From IMG/VR virus record IMGVR_UViG_3300031454_000255, positions 1,779-65,778 of that record: DNA of 64,000 nt, one strand, 5' to 3'. A model generated the notes under the pieces. That model was given only the letters and a program-made list of their open reading frames with translations. It had not been told where the DNA came from and made no database searches. Shown piece after piece: positions 17,970 to 27,459 of this stretch (position 1 is the first letter of the stretch; every line of letters begins with the position of its first letter). This DNA comes from a virus. A program made the translations under genes and the position numbers.

Positions 17970-18398
17970 GGTATCCAGCCCGTCTTGGACTGATTCACCT
18001 CCGCCCGTATTCGCCCAATTCAGAAGAAATATAAAATCTTCGCTTGTGATTTCTTCTGCCGAAATTTCATTGTCAGCTTGAGGGTTATCAACAATTAGCG
18101 GGTCAACGCAGATATGACGAAGTATTTTCGCTGAAAACTCAATTGCCTTAATTTGTTCTTTTGCCGAAAGCTGTTTATAAGCATCTTCTTCGCTTAATCC
18201 GTCAGATTTCGCTTGCTGCATTTTCTCAACTAGCGCGAGCGGCAACGTACCAGAAACTAAAAAGTTTTCTAAATTCGGCAGGCGCAAAACCCAAATCATT
18301 CCAGACGGCGATTCGACTTCAAAAGTTTTTTGAGACGCTTGCTGTTTTGTTTTGAGTCGCCGGTATTCGGCAACTGACATTCGTTTTTTTATTTTCAT
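17955..18398 (-). CDS. Tail assembly chaperone G 1
   Basis: Upstream of the tape-measure gene; paralog of 24749..25300 and 31743..32219 (SPSGM.W, DP.I...P..D.EI, L.NW..TGG). Confidence 0.75.
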   Translation of the reverse strand: MKIKKRMSVAEYRRLKTKQQASQKTFEVESPSGMIWVLRLPNLENFLVSGTLPLALVEKMQQAKSDGLSEEDAYKQLSAKEQIKAIEFSAKILRHICVDPLIVDNPQADNEISAEEITSEDFIFLLNWANTGGGESVQDGLDTFSGK

Positions 18399-18409
18399 TT
18401 GTGGTGTCG

Positions 18410-18575
18410 GCAAAAAGAAAAACACCCGCTCAAGAAATGAAATAAATCCATTTCTTGAGCGGGTGTTTAGTTCCTTTTCGGAAGTGCAGACCCTTTTATT
18501 AAATTTTATGCGTTTAGACGAAAAGCGTTTTGCCTAAACTGTAAGAAGTATAATAGTTTTTTTGATTATCTACAA
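18410..18575 (-). promoter_or_regulatory. Leader B: promoter, GGGTCTGCAC box, small hairpin, strong terminator-like hairpin
   Basis: TTGTAG-17-TATACT; GGGTCTGCACTTCC-GAAAA-GGAA; ACACCCGCTCAAGAAATG...CATTTCTTGAGCGGGTGT-TTTTCTTTTT. Confidence 0.75.
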
Positions 18576-18588
18576 ACAAATTTTTTGT

Positions 18589-18972
18589 TTATCTGATTTC
18601 CCAGGCAATGCGCCATTTTCGGCTTTCACGAAACAATTTCATTTGTATGGATTCTTTCGAGCCACCATTAAATAAAACATCGCCGATAACGCCCGCTGTT
18701 TTAAAATCAATTAATTTGTTTCTGAGATTAAAACCTTTCAAGCCGCCTGCGCTTTTGCAAGATTTATTCCAAACCTCAAATGCTAAGTCTATAACCGATT
18801 TGTGCAGACGAACCGTTGAAGAAAGTTGCTGTTTTGCTTTGATAAAATCGCCGCCACAAATATCTTGATAAAATGTTTTCACAGTATCGGACGGGCGCGG
18901 CACAGCGAATATATTGATATTCAAACTTAAAGTAAAAACAAACGCCAAAAACAATCCGAAAAACATTTTCAT
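18589..18972 (-). CDS. Secreted/periplasmic moron protein (NTF2-like fold suspected)
   Basis: Signal peptide MKMFFGLFLAFVFTLSLNINIFA; PSDTVKTFY...KWRI pattern. Confidence 0.65.
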   Translation of the reverse strand: MKMFFGLFLAFVFTLSLNINIFAVPRPSDTVKTFYQDICGGDFIKAKQQLSSTVRLHKSVIDLAFEVWNKSCKSAGGLKGFNLRNKLIDFKTAGVIGDVLFNGGSKESIQMKLFRESRKWRIAWEIR

Positions 18973-19010
18973 TTTCGGATTGTAGCTTTAAAGATTTGAG
19001 TTTGAAAAGA

Positions 19011-19205
19011 CTAAATTTGAAGTTCCTTGACCCGCCGCGCCTCTAACGCTTCTAAAACCAAATCCATATAAGCCGGAATTTCAAGCCGACCCGTTTCGTA
19101 GCCTGAAACAGTATTTGAAGCAAAGCCGAGAATTTTAGCTAATTCGCTTTGTGTTAATCCTAACCTTTCGCGCCGTTTTTTTAGTTCGGTTTTTTCCATT
19201 CTCAA
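19011..19205 (-). CDS. XRE-family helix-turn-helix regulator
   Basis: LKKRRERLGLTQSELAKILGFASNTVSGYETGR; paralog of 56481..56720. Confidence 0.85.
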   Translation of the reverse strand: MRMEKTELKKRRERLGLTQSELAKILGFASNTVSGYETGRLEIPAYMDLVLEALEARRVKELQI

Positions 19206-19340
19206 AATATATTCTAAGTATAGAAATAAATCAAATAGATATGATTTTATCTCTCTGTTAGATTGACAACTATATTTTAGATATAGTAAGATATATCTAC
19301 GTTAGAGATAACGAATAAAACAAAAGGACGGAAAACGGAA

Positions 19341-19499
19341 ATGCAGAAAATTAAAATCAACGGCTACACGGTGACAATCTTCAACCACTACAACGGAACG
19401 CAGTTATTTATTAACGATTCAAAAGGCGTTCAAATCTACGCTCATAAAGTTACGGGCGATGCGATGCTGCGAGCTTTGGAAATAATCGGACAAAACTAA
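19341..19499 (+). CDS. Small hypothetical protein, 52 aa (not in ORF track)
   Basis: Manual translation MQKIKINGYTVTIFNHYNGTQLFINDSKGVQIYAHKVTGDAMLRALEIIGQN; purine-rich RBS; same position as 33191..33391 in the twin module. Confidence 0.6.
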   Translation: MQKIKINGYTVTIFNHYNGTQLFINDSKGVQIYAHKVTGDAMLRALEIIGQN

Positions 19500-19505
19500 A
19501 AACGA

Positions 19506-19545
19506 AAAGGTTTAGATAAGTTCGCGCTTACCTAAACCTTTCTTT
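19506..19545 (+). terminator. Intrinsic terminator-like hairpin
   Basis: AAAGGTTTAGATAAG-TTCGCG-CTTACCTAAACCTTT followed by CTTT. Confidence 0.6.
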
Positions 19546-19571
19546 AATCCCTTCGGGAAGGAATCATCAAT

Positions 19572-20087
19572 ATGGACAAGATAACACGAAAGAAATTAGA
19601 AAAGAAACACGGACAAATAAAAATTTGCTTTACCTGCGGAAAACCCAAAGCCCTTTTTGATTTTTATAAATCTTCATATTGGGTAAGCAACAAAGGCAAT
19701 CCGGTTGTTAAATACGCCGTTCACCGAAATTGTAAGATATGTGAACGAAAACAAACAACTTCCAAACGAACCTCGCCCGCAAAAACTCGCCAACCGCGCC
19801 CGATTATGAGTTTTGAAGATACTCAAATCGCAAAGCGCAATAATTTATTAAAACGTAAATACGGCATTACGCTTGACCGATACAACGAATTTTTAGAACG
19901 GCAAAACGGCGGCTGCGCGATTTGCGGCGAACCGCCGACAACTCAAATTTTAGTTGTTGACCATTGCCACAAATCCGGCAAGATTCGCGGTCTGCTCTGT
20001 CATAAACATAATTCGGCAATCGGATTCTTAAACGACAGCCCAGAACTAATCAAAAAAGCAAACGAGTATTTGGGAGAGGCGAAATGA
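19572..20087 (+). CDS. Endonuclease VII-like HNH nuclease
   Basis: LKRKYGITLDRYNEFLERQNGGCAICG...LVVDHCHKSGKIRGLLCHKHNSAIG. Confidence 0.85.
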   Translation: MDKITRKKLEKKHGQIKICFTCGKPKALFDFYKSSYWVSNKGNPVVKYAVHRNCKICERKQTTSKRTSPAKTRQPRPIMSFEDTQIAKRNNLLKRKYGITLDRYNEFLERQNGGCAICGEPPTTQILVVDHCHKSGKIRGLLCHKHNSAIGFLNDSPELIKKANEYLGEAK

Positions 20088-20524
20088 AAATTTGTAGCAA
20101 CTGCCGACTACCAAAACCGCTAAAAATGTTCGTCGTCAAAAGATGCGGTGTTTGGGCTTATATCGAGAGATGTAAGCCCTGCCGCGCCGCCTCGAAACCT
20201 TTCCGCAAGTTCTGGAAACCATTAACGCCGGAACAGCGCGAACGAAATCGAATGGCGAGCCGCGCCAGAAAATTAAATTGCTCTGTGATTATTCCTTTTA
20301 CAAAAAGAGAAATAATTTTTCGTGACGGGTTGAATTGTTATTTATGCGGGAAATTATTGACTGAAAAAACCGCAACTATCGACCACGTTAAGCCGTTATC
20401 GCGCGGCGGTTTTCATTGTCCGAATAACGCAAAAATCGCCTGCAAACCTTGTAATCAAAAGAAAACTAATAAAGAATTATCGGAGTGCTGTGATGAATTT
20501 AATCAAAAAACTAACATTGCTTAA
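20084..20524 (+). CDS. HNH endonuclease
   Basis: IFRDGLNCYLCG...TIDHVKPLSRGGFHCPNNAKIACKPCNQKK. Confidence 0.85.
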   Translation: MKICSNCRLPKPLKMFVVKRCGVWAYIERCKPCRAASKPFRKFWKPLTPEQRERNRMASRARKLNCSVIIPFTKREIIFRDGLNCYLCGKLLTEKTATIDHVKPLSRGGFHCPNNAKIACKPCNQKKTNKELSECCDEFNQKTNIA

Positions 20525-22025
20525 AATTGAAGGTGAATTGGTCAAAACTTGCAATCGCTGTAAAAGACATTTACCATCGCATTTTTTTTCCAAAATAAAC
20601 AATCCTAAAAGAGAGTGCGAGAAAGACGGGCTTGCAATTAGTTGTTTTGATTGTGCAAGACTGCGTTCGGCGAAATGGCGAGAAGAAAAAAAAGGTGCAG
20701 TTGGTTTGGTTGCTTTAACCCAAAAGAAAATTGAACTTGAAAGATATTTAGTTGCCAATCCGCACCTGTTCTGGTGTGTTAAAGGTCAACACGTTTCTGA
20801 AAAAGAAAACGTTACCATAGCAAATCGAAATTCGAGTGGTTTAGGTTCAATTTGTAAAAATTGCAAAAAACAATTTTACAAAATAAATCCTGAGTATTCC
20901 AAAATTTACTACCAAAACAATAAAGCGCAAGTATTGGAAGCAAGCAAAGAATACAGTAAAAACAATCAAGCAAAAATTGCGAAAATGAGAAAGAATTGGG
21001 TTTTGGCAAACCCTGATAAAGTTAGAGCTTCAATAGAAAGAAGCGTTAAAGTTAGAGCGGAAAAAAGAAGAAAAGTAAGTGAAGAATTAAAGTCCATTCG
21101 TATCTTAAAGAAAAAAACAATCAAAGAAAAAACTTGCTCTAAGTGTAATAACATTCTTTCTATTGAAAACTTTCGTAGCAATACAAATATATGTAAAGAT
21201 TGCAAAAAAAACGCTGATTATGAAAGAATAATGAAAAAATTACCCGTTACTGTTGCTGAAGAGAGATGCCAAAAACACACTGAAAAAAAAGCTCGTGACA
21301 AATATATTTTAGCAAACCCTAGTATTAAATGGTGTGAGAAAGGAAAGCATTTTGTGTGTCGAAGTGAATTTTATAGTGCAGCAAAACGTAAAGATGGTTT
21401 AATGACGACTTGTCAGTCTTGTTTGAAAAAATACATCAATCAAAATATTGAAGTAGTTAAAAAACGGCGAAAATCTTACTATGCCCGAAACCGAGATTTG
21501 ATTATTAAACGAAGTTATTTAAATTACAAACAAAACAAATATAAAATATTAGGACGACAAAAAGCATATAATCAGGTAAATAAAGACACTATTCAACAAA
21601 GAAAAAAACATTATTACCAAAATAACTTTGCTAATAATGAGGAATACCGAGCCAAAACGCGGGCATATCGTGAAAAACACGCCCAAAGAATTTCTGTATA
21701 TAAACAACGAGGATTCGCAAAACTTCGCTCCGTTCGGCAAAACATTAAAGGCGAATTCTCGCTCGACCAATGGTTGTTAAAAATTGAGTTTCACGGTTAC
21801 TGTTGTTATCTTTGCGGTAAATCACTCCAGGGTAAAAAGTTTCATCTTGAACATAGAATACCATTAAGCAGAGGCGGAACAAATTTCTTGGCGAATGTTG
21901 CGCCCTCGTGTGTTAGGTGTAACCTAAGCAAAGGGAACAAAACCGAATTTGAATTTCGGGAATGGAAAAAACAAAACCCAAAACTACGCAGTAAAACCGA
22001 ACTTATTTCCGCCTTCCGCAATTAG
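20490..22025 (+). CDS. Large HNH endonuclease with multiple CxxC zinc modules
   Basis: Repeated CxxC modules, an internal repeat (YLVANPHLFWCVKGQHV / YILANPSIKWCEKGKHFV), and C-terminal CYLCG...HLEHRIPLSRGG...PSCVRCNLSKG. Confidence 0.85.
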   Translation: MMNLIKKLTLLKIEGELVKTCNRCKRHLPSHFFSKINNPKRECEKDGLAISCFDCARLRSAKWREEKKGAVGLVALTQKKIELERYLVANPHLFWCVKGQHVSEKENVTIANRNSSGLGSICKNCKKQFYKINPEYSKIYYQNNKAQVLEASKEYSKNNQAKIAKMRKNWVLANPDKVRASIERSVKVRAEKRRKVSEELKSIRILKKKTIKEKTCSKCNNILSIENFRSNTNICKDCKKNADYERIMKKLPVTVAEERCQKHTEKKARDKYILANPSIKWCEKGKHFVCRSEFYSAAKRKDGLMTTCQSCLKKYINQNIEVVKKRRKSYYARNRDLIIKRSYLNYKQNKYKILGRQKAYNQVNKDTIQQRKKHYYQNNFANNEEYRAKTRAYREKHAQRISVYKQRGFAKLRSVRQNIKGEFSLDQWLLKIEFHGYCCYLCGKSLQGKKFHLEHRIPLSRGGTNFLANVAPSCVRCNLSKGNKTEFEFREWKKQNPKLRSKTELISAFRN

Positions 22026-22182
22026 GGCAAGAATCAATTTTCAGCATCTTGTTGACCTTAGACAAGGATTTAATGATTTCACGCCGCAAATCCATCAATT
22101 CAGCGTTAGGCAATGAAGATGAATTTGCGGCAATGTTTACCCTAGCTACTGATTTAATTTCTTCGCTTTGCATTTGAGGCAT
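22003..22182 (-). CDS. Small protein, 59 aa (peptide family copy 2; not in ORF track)
   Basis: Manual translation MPQMQSEEIKSVARVNIAANSSSLPNAELMDLRREIIKSLSKVNKMLKIDSCPNCGRRK; starts 5 nt after the stop of the truncated tape-measure gene. Confidence 0.65.
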   Translation of the reverse strand: MPQMQSEEIKSVARVNIAANSSSLPNAELMDLRREIIKSLSKVNKMLKIDSCPNCGRRK

Positions 22183-22187
22183 AAAAC

Positions 22188-22706
22188 TTAAATACCCGCA
22201 AAAACCGCCGCCGCGCCGACTGCTGCGACACCGGCAACGGCAATCGTTGCGGGATTTGCTAAAGCGAGAAGGTTTGAGCCGACGGCACCGATTGAACCGG
22301 AAAAATCCGTAACTAACGCGCCCGCGATTTTACTTGATGAACCTAAGCCCGTGATTGAGCCGAGAAATGAAGAAATGGCGGCAGATGATTGGGGACTGGC
22401 GACGCCGCTAATTGTTCTGGCGAGTTTTGCCGCTTCATTTTCGGCGACTTTGACGCCTTGCGAAAGATTTTGGGCGTGAGAGATTAAATTGCGGGCGTCG
22501 GTTGCTAATTGTTCAGCGTTTGCCGCGCCGCGCGATTTAGCGGCAACCGCTTCGGCTAGCGACTGAGACGCGACTTTCGAGGCTTCGGCGGCAACCTTTT
22601 TCTGTTCGCTGACGGCAAGCGCGGCGGTCTCTCTGATTTCCTTTTGGGCATCAGAGCCGTTTGCAGAAATTTTGAATAAAAGATTTACCGCGTCAGAAAA
22701 TCCCAA
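22188..22706 (-). pseudogene. Truncated tape-measure gene (N-terminal 172 aa only)
   Basis: MGFSDAVNLLFKISANGS matches the N-terminus of 27685..31542 (MGFSDAASLTFKILGDNS); Ala-rich sequence that ends at the HNH insert. Confidence 0.7.
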
Positions 22707-22798
22707 AAGAAAATGCCTCCCGCTGAAAGTGGAGACACAAAAGGCGCGTCACAAAGGTAAGTTAGATTTATATTAGATTAAAAGGCTGAAAATCGCAA
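22707..22798 (-). promoter_or_regulatory. Leader F: promoter plus weaker hairpin/U-tract
   Basis: TTGCGA-17-TAATAT; TGTCTCC-10-GGAGGCA-TTTTCTTTT directly before the TTG start. Confidence 0.5.
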
Positions 22799-22807
22799 GA
22801 AATATAA

Positions 22808-23383
22808 TTATGGTTTAAATGCTTTCTTTTTTTTTACATTCTCTGGTGTTTCGGATAATGCTTTTTGATTTTGTTTTTCTTCTATGGCTAGTTCTGCAAA
22901 TGTTTTTCTTATGGTAAGTGTCGGCTTATCCAACAAAAAGATTACACTCATTCCAAACGAATTGCAGTCTAAATTGCGCTGAACTTCCGGCAAATGGCAG
23001 GCAAGCTGGCGTGGGCAATACCAATAACCTTTCGAGAGATTCAATGACGGGGAAATCGCATCGGTAAATTCCGCCGATGAATCCCATTTTACTGAATCGT
23101 CGTAACTAAAGGAAATCTCATTAACTTCGTTTAACTTGCTAAAATCAATGTGAATACTTTCAAGGTTTTTGCTAAAAGCTGAATTTGCGATTTTATTTTT
23201 ATCGAGCGAAGCCCAATCAGTAAATAAACTTGCTGAAGGATATAAATTCTTTACCTGCTCAAACGACATTCCTAATTTCAAACCGCGAATCGTCGGCGAA
23301 TCTTTCAAAGTTAAATCGCAAGGTTTTGTTTGACCATAAGAATTAATTGAGAATAATAAAATGAAAAAGGCGAAGTATTTCAT
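22808..23383 (-). CDS. Secreted/periplasmic moron protein
   Basis: Signal peptide MKYFAFFILLFSINSYG|Q; IRGLKLGMSFEQVK motif. Confidence 0.7.
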   Translation of the reverse strand: MKYFAFFILLFSINSYGQTKPCDLTLKDSPTIRGLKLGMSFEQVKNLYPSASLFTDWASLDKNKIANSAFSKNLESIHIDFSKLNEVNEISFSYDDSVKWDSSAEFTDAISPSLNLSKGYWYCPRQLACHLPEVQRNLDCNSFGMSVIFLLDKPTLTIRKTFAELAIEEKQNQKALSETPENVKKKKAFKP

Positions 23384-23485
23384 TCACCTTTTTTATCATT
23401 TAAAGATTGAAATTGAAAATTAAATTTGGGTAAAATCTTTCATTTATACTTGCAAACTATACCATTTTATAGTACAGTTTATTTA

Positions 23486-23836
23486 ATGAATGAGACGCTT
23501 TTACATTTTATCGAAACATCGGCTTTCACGAAAAGAATTGACAAACTGGCGAGCGTTGAAGTTTTGATTGCTTTGCAAAACGATTTGCTGATTGACCCGA
23601 AACGCGGCGCGGTTATTTCAGGCACGAACGGCGCGAGAAAAGCGCGTGTTTCCAATAAACAGCAAAACATCGGTAAAAGCGGTGCGTTTCGTTACATTTA
23701 CATTTATTTGGAAAAAGCCGAAACGATTTATTTGTTAGTGATTTTCGGGAAAAATGAAATGGACAATTTAGACAAAGGCGAACGAAACGATTTAGCTAAA
23801 TTAGTTAAAATTCTAAAAGATAAATACGGAGAATAA
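23486..23836 (+). CDS. RelE/HigB-family toxin
   Basis: FIETSAF...PKRGAVISGTNGARKAR...GKSGAFRYIYIY...IYLLVIFGKNEMDNL; upstream of an HTH antitoxin. Confidence 0.85.
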   Translation: MNETLLHFIETSAFTKRIDKLASVEVLIALQNDLLIDPKRGAVISGTNGARKARVSNKQQNIGKSGAFRYIYIYLEKAETIYLLVIFGKNEMDNLDKGERNDLAKLVKILKDKYGE

Positions 23837-23837
23837 A

Positions 23838-24134
23838 ATGGATAAACAATTATTTGCAGATTTGAAAGAATCGTTAGGCGAAGCGATTGAACACGCGAGC
23901 GGCAAGCGAAACCTAAAAACAACGACTTTGCCGCGCCCGCCGAAAGTTATGACGCGAATGGATATTGCGGTATTGCGAGGCAAAATGAACGCCTCGCAAG
24001 CCGTCTTTGCTCGCTGTTTGAACGTATCGGTAAAAACCGTGCAGGCGTGGGAGCAAGGAAAAAAACCAAACGGCGCGGCGCTGAAATTGCTTTCAATTGT
24101 CGAAAAGAATCCGTCAATCTTGTATGAAAATTAA
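23838..24134 (+). CDS. HigA-type HTH antitoxin
   Basis: LRGKMNASQAVFARCLNVSVKTVQAWEQGKKPNGAALKLL. Confidence 0.85.
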   Translation: MDKQLFADLKESLGEAIEHASGKRNLKTTTLPRPPKVMTRMDIAVLRGKMNASQAVFARCLNVSVKTVQAWEQGKKPNGAALKLLSIVEKNPSILYEN

Positions 24135-24336
24135 CATCATAATCGAAAAAGGAAAAAAGGAATTTTGGGGACGCGTCGAAGGTTATGATTTTTTGCCCGT
24201 TACCGTCGGCAAAAGCATCGCGGAAGTTATTGCGAACTTGAAAATGTTAATTGTCGATTACATTGAACACGAAGGACAAAGCGATAAGCAGTGGAAAGAT
24301 TTTGACCGAGATAAAATAGTATTCTGCCTACATTAA
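24124..24336 (+). CDS. HicB-like short protein
   Basis: IIIEKGKKEFWGRVEG...TVGKSIAEVIANLKMLI resembles the HicB N-domain; no hicA partner seen. Confidence 0.55.
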   Translation: MKINIIIEKGKKEFWGRVEGYDFLPVTVGKSIAEVIANLKMLIVDYIEHEGQSDKQWKDFDRDKIVFCLH

Positions 24337-24585
24337 GATTTACAGACAAGGCTTTTCTAATCTTTCACAAGCACAATCCGCGCATACTATATTTTCAACC
24401 GGCTACAAACTCGCAGCCTCTTTATTTAATTTCGACAAAGGTATTTTCTTAATATGCCAGGTGCTTTCGTGCCGCAGCTTCACGCAAACGCGCACTTCGC
24501 CCGACGGCTGTTTTTCAAGGAAATATCCTTTCAAATTGCATCCAGACTCTTCGCAGGTTTTTGCTTTTCTACTTTCAGCCATAAT

Positions 24586-24841
24586 TTAATCACCAAACTT
24601 CGGTTCTACATCACCACCACTGCCGCCCACGCCCATCATTTGTCCGCTCAAAACTATCGCCAGAGCTTCAAAGTCGTCGATTCTTTTGGCGTTATCGTAA
24701 ATTTGCAATCGAAGCGAACAGGCAATGTCGAAACCTAAGGCGACGCGGTTATTTTTTATGCCGACTAGCTCGCTTGATTTTTGCCCTGAGTTCCGCGCCG
24801 TCAATGCCAGCGCGGCGGCTTGATTGTGGTTTTTCAGGAAA
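24586..24841 (-). CDS. Tail assembly chaperone T-frame (GT extension) 2
   Basis: +1 frame entered at TTT CCT: FLKNHNQAAALALTARNSG...FDIACSLRLQIYDNAKR. Confidence 0.7.
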
Positions 24842-25300
24842 CATCGCCGCCATTAAAGCGGCATTGCCTCCTGCTGAAATCCAGCGATACAGATACCCAA
24901 GGTCATCCGGCAGAATATGGGACGCCGACAATTCATTCGGCTTTGTCGCCTTGCCCATCACGATTTTCGGGTCGTAGCTGAGTGCTAAAACTTTATCGCG
25001 CCGCGCTTCGGCGATTCGGATGTTGCGCTGGTAATCGGTTTCGCTTTGCGGCTTTAAGTCCGTTTCAACAGGGATCGCGGGCGTATAAACGCCGTCCGCC
25101 TGCCAACTCTCCGCCGCTTCGTCAGCAATTGTCATCGGCAAATCGGTATCGCCCCCGGCATCCTCAAACAACGTGCTGACATCGTTTGAGGCGTAGAACT
25201 TAAACACCATTCCCGACGGCGCAGTGATGTCTTCGAGTTTCGGCGCGCCGTTTTGAATGGTTTGGCGATAGCGTTCCGTCGCCGTTAATTGCTTGCTCAT
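24749..25300 (-). CDS. Tail assembly chaperone G 2
   Basis: Canonical position after the tail tube gene; APSGMVFKF, DPKIV, YRWISAGG. Confidence 0.75.
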   Translation of the reverse strand: MSKQLTATERYRQTIQNGAPKLEDITAPSGMVFKFYASNDVSTLFEDAGGDTDLPMTIADEAAESWQADGVYTPAIPVETDLKPQSETDYQRNIRIAEARRDKVLALSYDPKIVMGKATKPNELSASHILPDDLGYLYRWISAGGNAALMAAMFPEKPQSSRRAGIDGAELRAKIKRASRHKK

Positions 25301-25303
25301 AAA

Positions 25304-25903
25304 TTAAATTCCTAAAGGCATTCCCGGGTCGACGTAACCGAGCGTATCGGATTTTACCCGCGTGGCAACGCCGACGCCTTTGAAGTCGAAACTGATTTTG
25401 GCGCGTTTGTTGCGAGCCGTTTCCACATCGAATGATCCGGCGTTGTAGCCTTTATACATATGAAAAACAAGGCATTTGGTCGGGTCATATAAAGTCGGCG
25501 CGATGACGGCGACACCCGTGTAACTGAGAACTCCGGTCCCGATTGTGTAGATCGTGCGCCCTGCAACGATTGTTGGGGTTCCGATGCCGGTAGTTGCCTG
25601 CGCGAGGTTGTCAGGGTCGAGAACCTGCGCTGCCTCGACCTTGATGTTCATCGTTGTTTTGTCAATCGTAAAATTCTGCGCCTCCGGCAGCTCGTCGAAG
25701 TTCTCTTCGGTCGTCGTCTTGCCTAAAGAGGAACTTGCACCCGCATCTGTAAGCCCGACGAGTTTGCGAAGCGGATTCTGAGTCGCATCCGGTTCGCCGA
25801 GCGCGTTTAGAATCATTGTCGTTCCGGGAGCGGGAAGGGCAATGCCGAACCAAACCTTTACCGGTCCTTTTTGAGTTTTTGTGATGTCCAAAGTCGTTCC
25901 CAT
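25304..25903 (-). CDS. Major tail tube protein
   Basis: 199 aa in the canonical position; QKGPVKVWFG...VGLTDAGASSS...FDVETARNKRAKISFDFKG. Confidence 0.75.
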   Translation of the reverse strand: MGTTLDITKTQKGPVKVWFGIALPAPGTTMILNALGEPDATQNPLRKLVGLTDAGASSSLGKTTTEENFDELPEAQNFTIDKTTMNIKVEAAQVLDPDNLAQATTGIGTPTIVAGRTIYTIGTGVLSYTGVAVIAPTLYDPTKCLVFHMYKGYNAGSFDVETARNKRAKISFDFKGVGVATRVKSDTLGYVDPGMPLGI

Positions 25904-25934
25904 AATTTTTAACCGTCCTTATTATTTGACCGAA

Positions 25935-26234
25935 TTATTTAACCAGGTTGTTTAATGCCGTATTTATTGCGCCGCGCCGCTGTGTGTCTTCTTCTGCGGG
26001 CGCGCCGAGTCCGCCGAAAAGCGAGCTTTTAAAGTCCGCTTCGGTAATCACGCCGTGACCGCCGAATTGAGCGTATGCTTGCAGGGCTTGAACGGCGTTT
26101 TCTTCGCCGAACAGCGCGGTTGCGTTATGCAGATTGAAATTGCCGCCGATTTTCTTGACGTAATCGATTTCTTTTGCGGGCACGTCCGCTCCCTCATTCG
26201 CTTTACCGTCTTCGGTGTTTGGTTTGTTTGCCAT
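25935..26234 (-). CDS. Hypothetical protein (tail cluster)
   Basis: GGAG RBS; intact ORF between the terminator-like gene and the tube gene. Confidence 0.6.
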   Translation of the reverse strand: MANKPNTEDGKANEGADVPAKEIDYVKKIGGNFNLHNATALFGEENAVQALQAYAQFGGHGVITEADFKSSLFGGLGAPAEEDTQRRGAINTALNNLVK

Positions 26235-26252
26235 AAAAATAATTCTCCTTAA

Positions 26253-26756
26253 TTAGTTGTCAGAACTTGCGTAAAACCGATAGACGGCTCGCACTTGAAA
26301 GTCTTGAAAAAACAATGATTTCTCGGGATCCTTAAGGATTTCGGGAAATGTAATATTGGGAACCTTAACGCCTTCGTAATAACAATTCGTCTTGTCCGCG
26401 AGCAATGCTTCCGGCGTTATTTCGAGCAGCATGCTTTGTAGGGCTTTAGCGTAACTTTCGGCGTTTTTTATCGTGTCCGCGATATTACCGTTCACAATAA
26501 TTGCCTCAAAATCTATCGTAAAATCGCCATCCGTGATGTCATCGACTTCATCCGAGATACTTTTTCTTTTAATCGAAAGTGACGGAAAATTCGGCAACTC
26601 TTTATTTGCAATTTTGTCGGCGGCGAAATTAAATGGTTTCATCGCGCTGCCGTTTGCCCACACCAGCGCGGCGGCTTGATTAGCGCGGATAAACGCGACG
26701 ATGTTCGCCTCTAAATGCGTCGTGTCGAGCGGGTTATGTTTTGGCTGCCAAGTCAT
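26253..26756 (-). CDS. Tail terminator-like protein
   Basis: Position upstream of the tube gene; FPSLSI...FTIDFEAI...FQVRAVYRF pattern. Confidence 0.6.
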   Translation of the reverse strand: MTWQPKHNPLDTTHLEANIVAFIRANQAAALVWANGSAMKPFNFAADKIANKELPNFPSLSIKRKSISDEVDDITDGDFTIDFEAIIVNGNIADTIKNAESYAKALQSMLLEITPEALLADKTNCYYEGVKVPNITFPEILKDPEKSLFFQDFQVRAVYRFYASSDN

Positions 26757-26760
26757 TTAC

Positions 26761-27285
26761 TTAAAAGTTCGAGCGATAATTCTCTTCCGTCATTACAAAT
26801 GTCGTGTCCGTCCGCACATCGCCTAAAATCTCTTTTTGCATCACGTCGCCGATTCTTTTCAGTTGCCCGTCCGACAAATCAATCAGCGGACGGGCTGGCA
26901 AGTTGCGCGGCGCATACCCGAAATGCTGCGCTTTAGCCTGAGGCGTGTTCGTTCCAAACGCGGCGTCGAGCTTGTTAATGACGGTGACGGTATGTTCACT
27001 TTCCCCGGTTAAAGATTTATAGGTTGCATCGGTTAATCGCTCTAAACTGACGAAACCTAAAAAACCTAATTTGCTAATCTTCCGCGCTTCGTATTTTGGA
27101 GATAACGGCTGCCATCTGCCGCTTTTGCCCGTCGCATTGTCCGACTGGTAATTGTTCTTTTCAATCTCAAAAAACGCTTTCTGTGCGGCACGAAAAGCCT
27201 TTGAAAAGTCGTCTAATCCTTTACGGACATTGCTAAAGTTCCGTATTAGATTTTCTTCACCTTCAACTTGAAAAATAATTTGCAC
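26761..27285 (-). CDS. Tail completion / virion morphogenesis protein (Mu G / P2 S-like)
   Basis: GRWQPLSPKY...FGTNTPQAKAQHFGY..RNLPARPLIDLS; GTG start with AGAGG RBS. Confidence 0.8.
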   Translation of the reverse strand: MQIIFQVEGEENLIRNFSNVRKGLDDFSKAFRAAQKAFFEIEKNNYQSDNATGKSGRWQPLSPKYEARKISKLGFLGFVSLERLTDATYKSLTGESEHTVTVINKLDAAFGTNTPQAKAQHFGYAPRNLPARPLIDLSDGQLKRIGDVMQKEILGDVRTDTTFVMTEENYRSNF

Positions 27286-27299
27286 TAAACTGACCTCTA

Positions 27300-27452
27300 A
27301 AACGAAAAACACCCGCTAAAAATGAACGGTTGTTCAAATCTAGCGGGTGTCGAGTTTCTAAAAAGAAAGTGCAGACCCTTCGTTAAAATTTTTACCTAAA
27401 GACGCGCTTTAAGTTCACTGTTAATTTACCGCAAAAAACAGAAATTAGCAAG
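27300..27452 (-). promoter_or_regulatory. Leader C: promoter, GGGTCTGCAC box, small hairpin, terminator-like hairpin
   Basis: TTGCTA-17-TAAATT; GGGTCTGCAC-TTTCT-TTTT-AGAAA; ACACCCGCTAG...TAGCGGGTGT-TTTTC. Confidence 0.75.
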
Positions 27453-27459
27453 GTAATTT

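Noticed and set aside
24454-24738. 94-aa plus-strand ORF after the toxin-antitoxin genes
   Set aside because: Overlaps the chaperone T-frame on the opposite strand; no RBS or motif.
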